DNA of 64,000 bases from an uncultured Chloroflexia bacterium (GTDB lineage Bacteria > Chloroflexota > Limnocylindria > Limnocylindrales > CSP1-4), in assembly GCA_963720755.1 (NCBI GenBank), contig CAVRGP010000015.1, positions 416,001 through 480,000 on the forward strand, in the 5' to 3' direction. This document shows, piece after piece, positions 19,922 through 30,149 of the stretch. Positions within the stretch are counted from its first letter, which is position 1; each line of letters starts with the position of its first letter. A model generated the notes under the pieces. That model made no database searches. It was not told the DNA's origin and worked only from the letters and a program-made list of their open reading frames with translations. The position numbers and the translations under genes are program-made.

Positions 19922-21159
19922 ACACCGTGTTGTGGAACGCCCGGCTCATCGACGGCCGTGGTGGACCGCCCGTCGAACGTGCCTCGATCGCGATCTCGGA
20001 TGGCCGGATCACAGGCGTCGACTCGCCGGCCGGGGATCCGCCGACCGGCGCGCTCGACCTCGCTGGCCGAACGGTCTTGCCGGGCCTCATCGACGCCCAC
20101 GCCCATGTGACCAGCGACACGGAACGCAGTCCAGGATTCGGGCCGCCGCCCGAAAAGCATGGCGATGACCCGCGACCGCGTGAGCTCGGCTATTTCGTTC
20201 TCGCAAAGGCTGCGGCGGCCTTGTTGCGTGCCGGGATCACCACGGTCCGCGACGTGGGGAGCTACGACGGCGAGGCGATCGTCCTGCGGCGAGCGATCGA
20301 GCTGGGCCTCCTCGACGGCCCGCGGATCCTGTCGTGCGCCCGGATCATCAGCGCGACGTCGCCGGGTGCCCGCATCTTCGGGACGATGTATCGCGAGGCG
20401 GACGGGCCGTGGGAGATGCGGAAGGCGGTTCGCGAGCAGATCCGGGATGGCGCGGATTACATCAAGATCATGGCCACCGGCGCGCGGTCGGTCGATCGTG
20501 AGGACCCCGAGCCCGCACAGATGACCCGCGACGAGATCGCCGCGGTCGTCGACGAGGCGCACCGCATCGGCTTTCGCGTGGCCGCCCATGCCGAAGGGTT
20601 GGAGGGAGCCCGGATCGCCGTCGAGGAAGGGGTCGATACGATCGAGCATGGCCTTTCGCTTCACCGTGCGCCCGAGGTCCTCGACCGGATGGCGGCCGCG
20701 GGGACCGTCCTGGTCCCGACCCTGTCGACGTTCGACGATCTGGCCGAGCGGTTCGCCGACGCGTTCACGCCGCGCCTGGTCGAGCAGGCGAAGCGTCAGG
20801 CGGAGGAAGCACGCCTAACCCTGCTGGCGGCGCGGGCGGCCGGCGTCACCCTCGCGATGGGTTACGACAGCGGTCCGCCCGGGACCAACGCGAGCGAGCT
20901 GATCAAGCTTGCCGATGCCGGTCTCGGCGCCGGGGAGGCGATCCGGGCGGCGACCTGGGGCTCGGCGCAGGCGGCCGGTCTGGGCACGGATCGGGGAACG
21001 GTCGAGCCGGACCGGGTCGCAGACCTCGTCGTGATCGACGGCGACCCCCTGGAGCGGCCGGAGATCCTTCTGGAGACCGCCCGTATCTGGCTCGTGCTGC
21101 AAGCCGGCTGTCCGGTCGCTGGTGACGGCGCGCGATCGATGCCGCCGTCCTGGTCGTGA
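19918..21159 (+). CDS. Metal-dependent amidohydrolase
   Basis: LPGLIDAHAH, GITTVRDVG, IKIMATG, AAHAEG, TIEHG. Confidence 0.9.
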   Translation: MNTVLWNARLIDGRGGPPVERASIAISDGRITGVDSPAGDPPTGALDLAGRTVLPGLIDAHAHVTSDTERSPGFGPPPEKHGDDPRPRELGYFVLAKAAAALLRAGITTVRDVGSYDGEAIVLRRAIELGLLDGPRILSCARIISATSPGARIFGTMYREADGPWEMRKAVREQIRDGADYIKIMATGARSVDREDPEPAQMTRDEIAAVVDEAHRIGFRVAAHAEGLEGARIAVEEGVDTIEHGLSLHRAPEVLDRMAAAGTVLVPTLSTFDDLAERFADAFTPRLVEQAKRQAEEARLTLLAARAAGVTLAMGYDSGPPGTNASELIKLADAGLGAGEAIRAATWGSAQAAGLGTDRGTVEPDRVADLVVIDGDPLERPEILLETARIWLVLQAGCPVAGDGARSMPPSWS

Positions 21160-23138
21160 CCGAGTCGTCCAAACTCGCCGAGGGCGTCCTCCTGTGGCAG
21201 CCATCTGACGACGCCAGGGCCGCCTCGACGATGACGTCGTACCTCGGTTGGTTGGAGCGGGAGCGCGGCCTTCGGTTCGCCGACTATGGCGCGCTATGGC
21301 GCTGGTCGGTCGAGGATCTCGAGGGCTTCTGGGCGTCGGTCGTCGACTTCTACGAGATCCCGCTTCACGGATCGTGGTCACGCGTCCTGGGCCAGTCCAC
21401 CATGCCCGGCGCCACCTGGTTCGAGGGCGCGACGCTCAACTACGCCGACGTCGTCTTCCGACGCATCGCTCGCGACAAGACGGCCCTGTTGTCCCAGTCG
21501 GAGCGGCAGCCACTGACCGGGCTGACCGGCGACGAGCTCGAAACGGCCGTGGCCGCCGTGGCGGCCGGTCTTCGGCGGCTTGGCGTGAAGCGTGGCGACC
21601 GGGTCGTGGCGATGATCCCGAATATCCCGGAGGCGGTCATCGCCTTCCTGGCCTGTGCCAGCCTCGGCGCGATCTGGGCGAGCTGCTCGCCCGACATGGG
21701 GGCCCAGAGCCTGATCGATCGGTTCGTCCAGGTCGAACCCAGGGTCCTGATCGCGGTCGATGGCTACACCTACGGCGGCAAGCCGTTCGACCGACGGACG
21801 GTCATCGACGGCATCCGGAAGGCGTTGCCGACCCTGGAGCGGACGGTCGTGATCCCGTACCTCGACCCGGACGCGTCACCACGGCCCGGAGAGCTGCCCT
21901 GGGCTGAGCTGGTTGCCGGGCCGCAGACACCCCTCCAGTTCGAAGAGGTGCCCTTCGACCACCCGCTCTGGGTGCTCTACTCATCGGGGACGACCGGGTT
22001 GCCGAAGGCGATCGTCCACGGCCACGGTGGGGTCGTCCTCGAGCATTCCAAGGCGATCGGCCTGATGTTCGACGTCCGGCCGGGCGATCGGATGTCGTGG
22101 TTCACGACGACCGGCTGGATGATGTGGAATTTCCTGATCGGATCTCTGCTGGTCGGTGGGATCCCGGTGCTGTACGACGGCAGTCCGGGTCACCCGGACC
22201 TCGACGTCCTGTGGAAGCTGGCCGACGACGCGAAGGTCAGCCTGTTCGGGACGAGTGCGGCTTTCCTCGGCGCCTGCATGAAGGCTGGTCTGCGCCCGGG
22301 CGATTCACACGCGTTCGGCGCGCTCCGGTCGATCGGGTCCACTGGGTCGCCGTTGCCGGTGGCTGCGTTCGGGTGGGTGTACGACGCCGTGAAGCCCGAT
22401 GTCTGGCTCGCCTCGATGAGCGGCGGGACCGATGTCGTCAGCGCGTTCGTCGGTGGCTGCCCGCTGCTGCCGGTGCATGCCGGGGAGCTGCAGGCCCGAG
22501 CCCTCGGGGCGCGGATCGAGGCGTTCGATGCGGATGGCACCCCCGTGATCGGTCGGACCGGAGAGCTCGTCATCACCGCGCCACTGCCATCCATGCCGAT
22601 CGCGTTCTGGAACGACCCCGATGGCGTTCGCTACCGCGAGAGCTACTTCGAGATGTACCCGGGCGTGTGGCGCCACGGCGATTGGATCCGGATCACGGAG
22701 CGGGGAAGCGCCGTCATCGAGGGGCGATCCGACGCCACCCTGAACCGCCAGGGTGTCCGATTCGGGACGAGCGAGTTGTACGGCGTCGTCGAGCGACTCC
22801 CGGAGATCGCCGACAGCCTGGTCATCGGCGTCGAACGGCCCGACGGGAGGTACTGGATGCCCCTGTTCGTCGTCCTGGCCCATGGGGCGGTCCTGGACGA
22901 CGGCTTGACGGCCAGGTTGATCGCGGCCATCCGGTCGGATCTGTCACCGCGCCACGTGCCGGACGAGATCCATTCGGTCCCGGCGATCCCGCGGACGTTG
23001 AGCGGCAAGAAGATGGAAGTGCCGATCAAGCGGTTGCTGCTGGGTCAGCCGCTGTCGGCCGTGGCCGCCCCCGGTTCGACCGCCGATCCTGCGGCGCTGG
23101 CGTATTTCGAGCGGTTCGTCCCGCGGGCGTCGGCCTGA
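21156..23138 (+). CDS. Acetoacetate--CoA ligase
   Basis: YSSGTTGLPKAIVH, TTTGWMMWN, STGSPL, SGGTD, WRHGDW, GRSDATLN, SGKKMEVP. Confidence 0.92.
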   Translation: MTESSKLAEGVLLWQPSDDARAASTMTSYLGWLERERGLRFADYGALWRWSVEDLEGFWASVVDFYEIPLHGSWSRVLGQSTMPGATWFEGATLNYADVVFRRIARDKTALLSQSERQPLTGLTGDELETAVAAVAAGLRRLGVKRGDRVVAMIPNIPEAVIAFLACASLGAIWASCSPDMGAQSLIDRFVQVEPRVLIAVDGYTYGGKPFDRRTVIDGIRKALPTLERTVVIPYLDPDASPRPGELPWAELVAGPQTPLQFEEVPFDHPLWVLYSSGTTGLPKAIVHGHGGVVLEHSKAIGLMFDVRPGDRMSWFTTTGWMMWNFLIGSLLVGGIPVLYDGSPGHPDLDVLWKLADDAKVSLFGTSAAFLGACMKAGLRPGDSHAFGALRSIGSTGSPLPVAAFGWVYDAVKPDVWLASMSGGTDVVSAFVGGCPLLPVHAGELQARALGARIEAFDADGTPVIGRTGELVITAPLPSMPIAFWNDPDGVRYRESYFEMYPGVWRHGDWIRITERGSAVIEGRSDATLNRQGVRFGTSELYGVVERLPEIADSLVIGVERPDGRYWMPLFVVLAHGAVLDDGLTARLIAAIRSDLSPRHVPDEIHSVPAIPRTLSGKKMEVPIKRLLLGQPLSAVAAPGSTADPAALAYFERFVPRASA

Positions 23139-23155
23139 CGGGTATCCTGCCCGAG

Positions 23156-23869
23156 ATGGACGGCACCACGGGTTATCGACTGATCGTGGCCCTCGACGGG
23201 CCAGGCTCGTCCGGCAAGAGCAGTGTCGGAGCTGCAGCCGCACTCGACGTCGGCTACCGGTTCTGCGACACGGGCCTGCTCTACCGCGCGGTCACCTGGC
23301 TGGCCATCGCGCGTGGCCTGACCGCCTCGCACCCGCATGCGATGCGTGGCCTCGTCGATGAGGTTGACCTCGCACCAGATTCGCGCGGACGGCTGGCGCG
23401 GGTGTTCGTCGATGGGGTCGATCACACCGACGATGTCCGAAGCCCTGAGGTCGATGTCGCCGTTTCCGCCATCTCGGCGATCCCGGAGCTGCGAACCGCG
23501 CTCCTCGAACGGCAGCGGGCCCTCACGGCGGACGGCGGGATCATCATGGCCGGCCGGGATATCGGGACGGTCGTTCTGCCCGATGCAGACCTCAAGATCT
23601 TCCTCGACGCATCCGTTGAGGAACGGGCACGGCGACGGACCACGGAGCGTGATCTCGACCCGGAGGGTCCGGAAGCGATCGAGATCCTCGAGGCGCTACG
23701 CCGTCGCGACGCGCTTGATTCGACTCGTGCGGTCGCGCCGCTCCGGGCTGCCGACGACGCCCGGATCATCTCCACCGACGGCAACCGGTTCGAGGACACG
23801 GTCGACGCCGTGATCAACGCCATCCGCGATGTCGAGTCGCGACGCGCGGCCGCGCCGGGAGCCGACTGA
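23156..23869 (+). CDS. cmk: Cytidylate kinase
   Basis: ALDGPGSSGKS, DTGLLYRA, GRDIGTVVLPDA, RRD..DSTR..APL. Confidence 0.95.
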   Translation: MDGTTGYRLIVALDGPGSSGKSSVGAAAALDVGYRFCDTGLLYRAVTWLAIARGLTASHPHAMRGLVDEVDLAPDSRGRLARVFVDGVDHTDDVRSPEVDVAVSAISAIPELRTALLERQRALTADGGIIMAGRDIGTVVLPDADLKIFLDASVEERARRRTTERDLDPEGPEAIEILEALRRRDALDSTRAVAPLRAADDARIISTDGNRFEDTVDAVINAIRDVESRRAAAPGAD

Positions 23870-23870
23870 C

Positions 23871-24572
23871 GTGCCCAACGACCCGATCGACAACTCCATC
23901 ACGCCGCTCATCACCTTCCTCACGACCAGCGGCCGGATCTTCGCCCGAGCCGTGAGCCGGATCACCGTAGAGGGCGCGATCGACCAGATCCCGCGTACAG
24001 GTCCCGTGATCCTGGCTTCGAACCATGCGTCGAACCTCGATGCCGTCGTCCTGGGTTCGTGGCTGATGCCCACCCTGGGCCGACGGATCCACTGGCTGGG
24101 CAAGAAGGAGCTGTTCGACTGGCCGTTGGTCGGGTGGGCGGCGGCCAATGGTGGCGTGCACCCGGTCGATCGAAGCGCGGCGGATGTCGAAGCCTTTCGG
24201 CTGGCCCAGCGCATCCTGGATGCAGGCAACATCCTGTTCGTCTTCCCGGAGGGCACCCGCAGCCCGGACGGGAAGCTGCAGCGGGCGCAGGATGGGGTCG
24301 CGGTCCTGGCCATCAGGACGGGTGCGCCGATCGTCCCGCTCGGGATCGCCGGCTCGAGCGGCGTCTGGCCGAAGGGCCAGAAGCTCCCACATCCAGGTGG
24401 CCACGTCACGGCCCGCGTCGGCCAGCCCTTCGTACCCGCCGACCTGCTACCGGCGGGGACGGATCGCCGGGCCGCCAAACCCCTCGTGACCGACCTCATC
24501 ATGCGGCGGATCGCCGAACTCCTGCCGCTCTCCCAACGCGGTCCATACGGGGATCTGCCGGAACCCGTGTGA
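23871..24572 (+). CDS. plsC: 1-acyl-sn-glycerol-3-phosphate acyltransferase
   Basis: NHASNLD and FPEGTRS motifs; GTG start 2 nt after cmk stop. Confidence 0.9.
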   Translation: MPNDPIDNSITPLITFLTTSGRIFARAVSRITVEGAIDQIPRTGPVILASNHASNLDAVVLGSWLMPTLGRRIHWLGKKELFDWPLVGWAAANGGVHPVDRSAADVEAFRLAQRILDAGNILFVFPEGTRSPDGKLQRAQDGVAVLAIRTGAPIVPLGIAGSSGVWPKGQKLPHPGGHVTARVGQPFVPADLLPAGTDRRAAKPLVTDLIMRRIAELLPLSQRGPYGDLPEPV

Positions 24573-24582
24573 TAATCCATGC

Positions 24583-25569
24583 ATGGGTATGGTCGAAGAA
24601 GTCCGCATCGCGAAGCGCACCGGCTTCTGCTATGGCGTCCGCGAGGCGATCGACATGGCGAAGGAATCGTCCGCCGCCGGCAAGTCGACCCATACCCTCG
24701 GACAGGTCGTCCACAACGAGGGCGTCGTCCGCGATCTCCAGGATCTCGGGATCGAGACGGTCGAATCGCTCGACGATGTCGATCACGGTGCTGCCGTCGT
24801 GATTCGGGCGCATGGTGTTCGCCCGGATGTCATGGAGCGAGCGGAGCAACGCGGCCTGGAGGTCATCGATGGGACCTGCACCTGGGTGATCCAGGAGCAG
24901 CGCGAGCTTGTTCGCCTGGTCGAGGACGGCTACACCATCGTCCTCCTGGGAACGCCCAAGCATCCCGAGGTCGTCGGCCTGCTCGGGTTCGCGCCGGATG
25001 CGATCGTGGTCGACGAGGAGGAGGAGTGGGCGTCGGCGATCCCGCGCCGGAAGCGGATGGCCCTCATCTCGCAGTCGACCCAGCCGCCCTGGAAGTTCGA
25101 GCGGCTGGCTGCGTTCATGGTCTCGCGAGCCCACGAGCTCAAGATCGTCAACACGGTCTGTCCGGTGACGATCCGGCGTCAGCAGGACACCCTGGAAGCC
25201 GCCGGCGAGGTCGACCTGATGGTCGTCGTCGGTGGTCGGTCCAGCGCCAACACCAAGGAACTGACCCGGTTGTGCGAGATCGCCGGGACGGCCGCCGTCC
25301 AGATCGAGGGCGTGCGCGACCTTGAGGATGCCGGGCTGTTCGGCGATGCACGGGTCGTCGGGGTCACCGGCGGGACGTCCACGCCGATCGAGGACCTGCG
25401 CGACGTCACCGAGCGGATCCTCGTCCTGGCTGGGACCGCCGAAGCAAAGGCGAATGCCGCCGAACTGGCACGGGCGACGCTCGACCGTGCCGCCACGCCG
25501 GCCGGTCGCACGACCTCGCTGCCTTCGATCCGCGACGGCGACCACGTCCCGACGTCGGGCGTCGCCTGA
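24583..25569 (+). CDS. ispH: 4-hydroxy-3-methylbut-2-enyl diphosphate reductase
   Basis: GFCYGV, VHN, RAHG, DGTC, HPEV, NTVC, GGRSSAN, GTSTP. Confidence 0.95.
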   Translation: MGMVEEVRIAKRTGFCYGVREAIDMAKESSAAGKSTHTLGQVVHNEGVVRDLQDLGIETVESLDDVDHGAAVVIRAHGVRPDVMERAEQRGLEVIDGTCTWVIQEQRELVRLVEDGYTIVLLGTPKHPEVVGLLGFAPDAIVVDEEEEWASAIPRRKRMALISQSTQPPWKFERLAAFMVSRAHELKIVNTVCPVTIRRQQDTLEAAGEVDLMVVVGGRSSANTKELTRLCEIAGTAAVQIEGVRDLEDAGLFGDARVVGVTGGTSTPIEDLRDVTERILVLAGTAEAKANAAELARATLDRAATPAGRTTSLPSIRDGDHVPTSGVA

Positions 25570-25571
25570 CG

Positions 25572-27218
25572 GTGGCGCAGGCATCCCGAGGCGGGATCCC
25601 CGTCGTCGCCATCGTCGGCCGACCCAACGTCGGCAAGAGCACGCTGTTCAACCAATTCATCGGGCAACGCTCGGCGATCGTCGAGGACCGGGCGCGCACG
25701 ACCCGTGATCGCCTGTACGGCGACGCAGAGTGGAACGGTCGCCGATTTGTCATCGTCGATACCGGCGGGCTCGAACTGGACCCCGACGACCCGATCGAAG
25801 CCCGCGTCCAGGAGCAGGCGCGGCTCGCGATCGCGGAAGCCGATGCGATCCTGTTCGTCGTTGACGCCATCGATGGGATCACCCCGGCGGACCTCGAGGC
25901 GGCCAGGATCCTGCGGCGTGCCACGGCCCCGGTGATCGTGGTAGTCAACAAGGCGGACAACGAGAAGCGCGAACTCGATGGCGCCGAGTTCCATCGGCTC
26001 GGCTGGGACGAGACGTACACGATCTCCGCGTCGCACGGGCGAGGGACCGGCGATCTCCTCGATGCGGTCGTGTGGGCACTTCCGCCCGAAAGCGAAGCGG
26101 AACTCGCCCGCAAGGCCCGTGAGGTCGAGGCGGACGCGTGGGCCGACGAGATCGCCGCCGGCCGTCTGGAGCCGTTCGTGGTCGGCGATCCGGAGGCGGG
26201 GGACTCCGCGGACAGCGACGGCGCGGAAGACGCGGATCTCGACGGTGTCGATGCCGAGGCGGCCCGGTGGGACGCGGCGATGGCCGCCGAGAGGGACGGC
26301 GAGCCCGCAGCGATCGCCTTCGTCGGGCGACCGAACGTCGGTAAGTCCAGCCTCCTCAACGCGCTCCTGGGCGAGGAGCGGGCGATCGTTTCGGAGGTGC
26401 CTGGAACGACCCGGGATGCGATCGATACCCGGCTGGAGTGGGGTCGGAGTGAGATCGTGCTCATCGATACGGCGGGCATCCGGCGCCGCGGCAAGGTCGC
26501 GGGCGGGGCGGCCGCCGAGCGCTATTCCACGCTGCGGGCGCTCCATGCGCTGTCCCGTGCCGACGTCGCCGTGCTCGTCATCGATGCAGTGGAGGGCCTG
26601 ACAAACCAGGATGCCCACGTCGCCGGTTACGTCGTCGAAGAGGGCCGGGGCCTGGTCATCGCGGTCAACAAATGGGACCTGGTCGAGGACAAGACCGATC
26701 GGACCTTCGACCAGTACGTCGAGTGGATCCGGTCGGAAGTGCCGTTCCTTGACTTCGCCCCGATCGTGTCGATCAGTGCCAAGACCGGTCAACGAGTCGG
26801 CCGTGTGCTCGAGGCGGCGATCGAGATCTGGGGCGAACGGCGTAAGCGGATCTCGACCGGAGAACTGAATCGCGTGCTCAGCGCGGCAACGGAACGGACG
26901 CCACCCCCGCCGGTCCGCGGGCACCGACCCAGATTGTTCTATGCGACCCAGGCGGCCGTGGCCCCGCCGACCTTTGTGTTCTTCGCGTCGGATGCCTCGG
27001 CGGTCCACTTCAGCTATCGCCGCTACCTCGAGAACCAACTCCGCGATCGGTTCGGGTTCGATGGGACGCCCGTCCGCCTCGTCTTCCGCGATCGCGTCTC
27101 GGTCAAGTTGCCGCGCAAGAAGAAGTCACGGAGCGCCCCGGTCAAGTCCGGGGGCGGGCGAAGCAAGGCATCGAGCCGCAAGGGCGCGTCTGCCACGCGA
27201 GGCCCGAAGGCGTCCTGA
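25572..27218 (+). CDS. der: Ribosome biogenesis GTPase Der
   Basis: Two GRPNVGKS P-loops, DTGG/DTAG, NKAD/NKWD, KH-like C-domain. Confidence 0.97.
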   Translation: MAQASRGGIPVVAIVGRPNVGKSTLFNQFIGQRSAIVEDRARTTRDRLYGDAEWNGRRFVIVDTGGLELDPDDPIEARVQEQARLAIAEADAILFVVDAIDGITPADLEAARILRRATAPVIVVVNKADNEKRELDGAEFHRLGWDETYTISASHGRGTGDLLDAVVWALPPESEAELARKAREVEADAWADEIAAGRLEPFVVGDPEAGDSADSDGAEDADLDGVDAEAARWDAAMAAERDGEPAAIAFVGRPNVGKSSLLNALLGEERAIVSEVPGTTRDAIDTRLEWGRSEIVLIDTAGIRRRGKVAGGAAAERYSTLRALHALSRADVAVLVIDAVEGLTNQDAHVAGYVVEEGRGLVIAVNKWDLVEDKTDRTFDQYVEWIRSEVPFLDFAPIVSISAKTGQRVGRVLEAAIEIWGERRKRISTGELNRVLSAATERTPPPPVRGHRPRLFYATQAAVAPPTFVFFASDASAVHFSYRRYLENQLRDRFGFDGTPVRLVFRDRVSVKLPRKKKSRSAPVKSGGGRSKASSRKGASATRGPKAS

Positions 27219-28264
27219 TGGACGGCCCGCGGGTCGCGGTGGTCGGAGCCGGTGCGTGGGGCACCACGCTCGCCCGCGTCGTCGCCCGGTCCGAGCCGGT
27301 GACTCTCTGGTGCCACAGCCCGGACACCGCGGACCGGATCACCGCCACGCATCGCAACGAGGATCGGCTGCCGGGCGTGGATCTGCCTGCGAACGTGATC
27401 GCCACCGCTGATCCAGAGGCGCTTCGAGCTGCCACGGATCTTGTCATCTTCGCGGCGCCGTCCGCCCACCTTCGAACGACGATCGAGCCATTGGCCTGGG
27501 TCCTCGCGCCGGACGCCGACTTCCTGTCGGTGGTCAAGGGCCTGGAGCGGAGCACGCTTCGACGGATGAGCGAAGTCGTGTCCGAAGCGGCGGGCGTGCC
27601 CGCCGAGCGGGTGGCGGCCCTGTCCGGCCCGAACCTGGCGGCCGAAGTCGCGCGCAACCTGCCGGCCTCGGCCGTCGTCGCTGCGGACGACCTGCGGCTG
27701 GCCGAACGGGTGGCTACACGACTGGGCCGGCGACGCTTCCGGTTGTACGTCAACGAAGACATCCTCGGCGTGGAGCTGTGCGGTGCCCTCAAGAACGTCA
27801 TCGCGATCGCGGCCGGAGCGGCGGAGGCGCTCGGGTTCGGCGACAACGGGAAGGCCGGGCTGCTGACTCGCGGGCTGGCCGAGATGACCCGACTCGGGAT
27901 CGCGGCCGGCGCGAACCCGCTGACGTTCGCCGGCCTGGCCGGGATGGGCGACCTCATCGCGACTGCTGGATCGCCCCTGTCACGCAACCACCGTCTCGGG
28001 ATGGAGCTGGCCAAGGGCCGCACCTGGGCCGAGATCGAGGCGACGATGCCCGGCACGGCCGAAGGCGCCTACACCGTCCAGGCCGCGCTCGAGCTGGCCG
28101 CCCGCCTCGGCGTGGAGATGCCGATCGCTCGCGAGGTATACCGGGCGTTGTTCGAGGGCAAGAGCGCGCAGCGCTGTCTGGTCGACCTGCTGGCTCGAGA
28201 ATCGAAGGATGAGCTGGCCGACTACGGCCGCTGGGTCGCGAGGCTGGGGGAGCGGACGGACTGA
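27218..28264 (+). CDS. gpsA: NAD(P)H-dependent glycerol-3-phosphate dehydrogenase
   Basis: GAGAWGT, LSGPNLA, GALKNVIAI, GLAGMGDL, SRN. Confidence 0.96.
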   Translation: MDGPRVAVVGAGAWGTTLARVVARSEPVTLWCHSPDTADRITATHRNEDRLPGVDLPANVIATADPEALRAATDLVIFAAPSAHLRTTIEPLAWVLAPDADFLSVVKGLERSTLRRMSEVVSEAAGVPAERVAALSGPNLAAEVARNLPASAVVAADDLRLAERVATRLGRRRFRLYVNEDILGVELCGALKNVIAIAAGAAEALGFGDNGKAGLLTRGLAEMTRLGIAAGANPLTFAGLAGMGDLIATAGSPLSRNHRLGMELAKGRTWAEIEATMPGTAEGAYTVQAALELAARLGVEMPIAREVYRALFEGKSAQRCLVDLLARESKDELADYGRWVARLGERTD

Positions 28265-28315
28265 ATCAGTCCCGCGCCGGGCGACGGCCGACCCGGTGCT
28301 AGACTCACGGTTCGC

Positions 28316-28392
28316 CGGGGCGTGGCGCAGTCTGGTAGCGCACCAGTCTGGGGGACTGGTGGTCGTGGGTTCAAATCCCGCCGCCCCGACCA
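28316..28392 (+). tRNA. tRNA-Pro (anticodon GGG)
   Basis: CGGGGCG/CGCCCCG acceptor stem, anticodon arm CCAGT-CTGGGGG-ACTGG, GGTTCAAATCC T arm, encoded CCA; TGcTAGACT -10 upstream. Confidence 0.97.
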
Positions 28393-28404
28393 AATACTGA
28401 GCGT

Positions 28405-28435
28405 GGAACCGGCCTTCGGGCCGGTTTCTCTTTCT
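28405..28435 (+). terminator. Intrinsic terminator after tRNA-Pro
   Basis: GGAACCGGCC-TTCG-GGCCGGTTTC hairpin followed by TCTTTCT. Confidence 0.85.
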
Positions 28436-28448
28436 CCAGTGGTAGCGC

Positions 28449-28703
28449 TCAGTCGTGTCGGCGGTATCGCCAGGCCGCCTGATCGGGTACTCCCATTGAT
28501 CGATAGATCCGGATCATCCAGGCGAAGCCGATTACGAACCCGGCCACCGGAGCTGGTCCCAGGAATGGTCCCCACCAACGCGAGACCGACTGGAACATGT
28601 AGCCCGGTGAAGCCACCAACGCAAACACCATGACCGCCGCAAGCATCGCGGCGATCTGCAGCTCCGCCTTCGCGATCGCGCGCCCCTTCTGCCCTCGCGT
28701 CAT
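28449..28703 (-). CDS. Small two-TM membrane protein
   Basis: Two hydrophobic segments; CATCGT -10-like hexamer 6 nt before ATG. Confidence 0.65.
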   Translation of the reverse strand: MTRGQKGRAIAKAELQIAAMLAAVMVFALVASPGYMFQSVSRWWGPFLGPAPVAGFVIGFAWMIRIYRSMGVPDQAAWRYRRHD

Positions 28704-28860
28704 GGGCAGACGATGCGCCCCAGCATCAATCCAGTCGCGGCGACCGTCTCGCCGCCCGCTGCGGTCGATCCACTGCCTGACCGCGATTCGCCGTTGTTCT
28801 CGTCACCCATGCTCCCTATCCTCCGACCGGTCGTGACCGCGGCCCCCCAACCGCGACTCC

Positions 28861-29121
28861 GCCCCTGTCGCGAGCTCGATTCAGGCGCTGGCCGAACAGG
28901 TCTGTGCACCGCCAGCCTATAGCGGCTGTCTTGACCCGATCCTCGTGGAATTCCTCGCAGGTCAGGACCCCGGCAGCCTGGTGGCCGTCTGTGATTACGG
29001 CAACGATCAGGGGGATGTGGTGGTGATCGACTCGGGGAAGAAGGATGACGCCGAAGCCACGTGTTCCGCCGATGGCCTGTTCTCTCCAAGCAGTGTGGTC
29101 AGAACTGCCCGGATCCCTTAG
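28861..29121 (+). pseudogene. Probable remnant of an exported Cys-containing protein (no in-frame start)
   Basis: Open frame APVASSIQALAEQVCAPPAYSGCLD...VAVCDYG...ATCSADG...RIP* follows an in-frame stop at 28834-28836. Confidence 0.3.
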
Positions 29122-29437
29122 CCAAACCGCCTCGTGCGACCAGTCGAGACCAGAGCGACGGGGGATTGCGTGGGGGAGTAGGCGGCGATCCACGCTGATG
29201 GACGAGGGGAGATCATCAACTGATCGGCGACGTACAGAGCTTTAGGTCGACCCGAGCCGCCGCAGGGTAGCGCGCAGGTAAACGCCTCCACCAAGTCTGA
29301 TGAGACCCGGGTCCGCGTCCCGGTCGACGATCCCGCATCCCTGCGGCCAGCCGAGCCCGAAGCGTCCGGTGAATGGCCGCCGCCGTTGGTACGTCCGGAT
29401 ACTTGGTCGAGCGCGATGCGGTCCGTAGCATCGAGAC

Positions 29438-29866
29438 ATGAAACGACTCACCCGACGGCGCAACGGTCAGGCCATGTCCGAATACGCTGTCACCCTCGCC
29501 CTGGTCGCCGTGCTCGCGATCGCCAGCCTGCTCACCATGGGCGGCATCGTCAACGGGTCGTTCGGCCGCGTCGCAGACGCGATCGGCGGGAGCATGGGCC
29601 TAAGCTCACAGGATCCGACCGCCACGCCGACCGCGACACCTGCGGCTACACCGACTGCGACGCCGACTGCCACACCCGCGGCTACACCGACTGCGACGCC
29701 GACCGCCACACCCACGACGACACCGAAGCCCACAGCAACACCGACCGCCACACCGAAGCCCACAGCAACACCGACCGCCACGCCGAAGCCCACGGCCACT
29801 CCGAGGCCTACGGCCACACCGAAGCCGACCAAGACCCCGAAGCCGACCAAGACCCCGAAGCCATGA
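29438..29866 (+). CDS. Flp/Fap (type IVc) pilin with long Pro/Thr/Ala/Lys tail
   Basis: Basic leader, G|QAMSEY prepilin motif, hydrophobic helix, then PTAT/PAAT/PKPT repeats. Confidence 0.8.
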   Translation: MKRLTRRRNGQAMSEYAVTLALVAVLAIASLLTMGGIVNGSFGRVADAIGGSMGLSSQDPTATPTATPAATPTATPTATPAATPTATPTATPTTTPKPTATPTATPKPTATPTATPKPTATPRPTATPKPTKTPKPTKTPKP

Positions 29867-30149
29867 AGAGGCCTCGGGGTGACCAAGTTCCCCGTAGCCA
29901 AGCAGCTCGCATACGCAGCTCGCTCCTAGCGAGCGCGTGTCATGCGGCCAGCTCGTCCGGGACGTCCGAGGTGATCGGTCTGTAGCCTCAGGGCGAGCGA
30001 ACCCGGATCTGATCCCCACAGACGGCCGGTTCGTACGGGAATCTTTCGTCGATCAGCCGGCGTAGGCCCCCTTCGAACCTGATCCGGTGTCGTGGCCACG
30101 ATCCGCACCGACCTGCACAATGGGGCCAACGGATACGCAGGGAGTGACG

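Noticed and set aside
22097-23869. Apparent long N-terminal extensions on cmk, xerD, scpB, etfA, tlpA and the glutaredoxin in the ORF track
   Set aside because: Extensions overlap upstream genes or a tRNA in other frames; true starts are the downstream codons listed
29290-29408. Hammerhead-like CTGATGA core with flanking ACCAAGT/ACTTGGT pairing
   Set aside because: The required GAAA after stem II reads GACG and the UH cleavage-site geometry does not fit; probably chance
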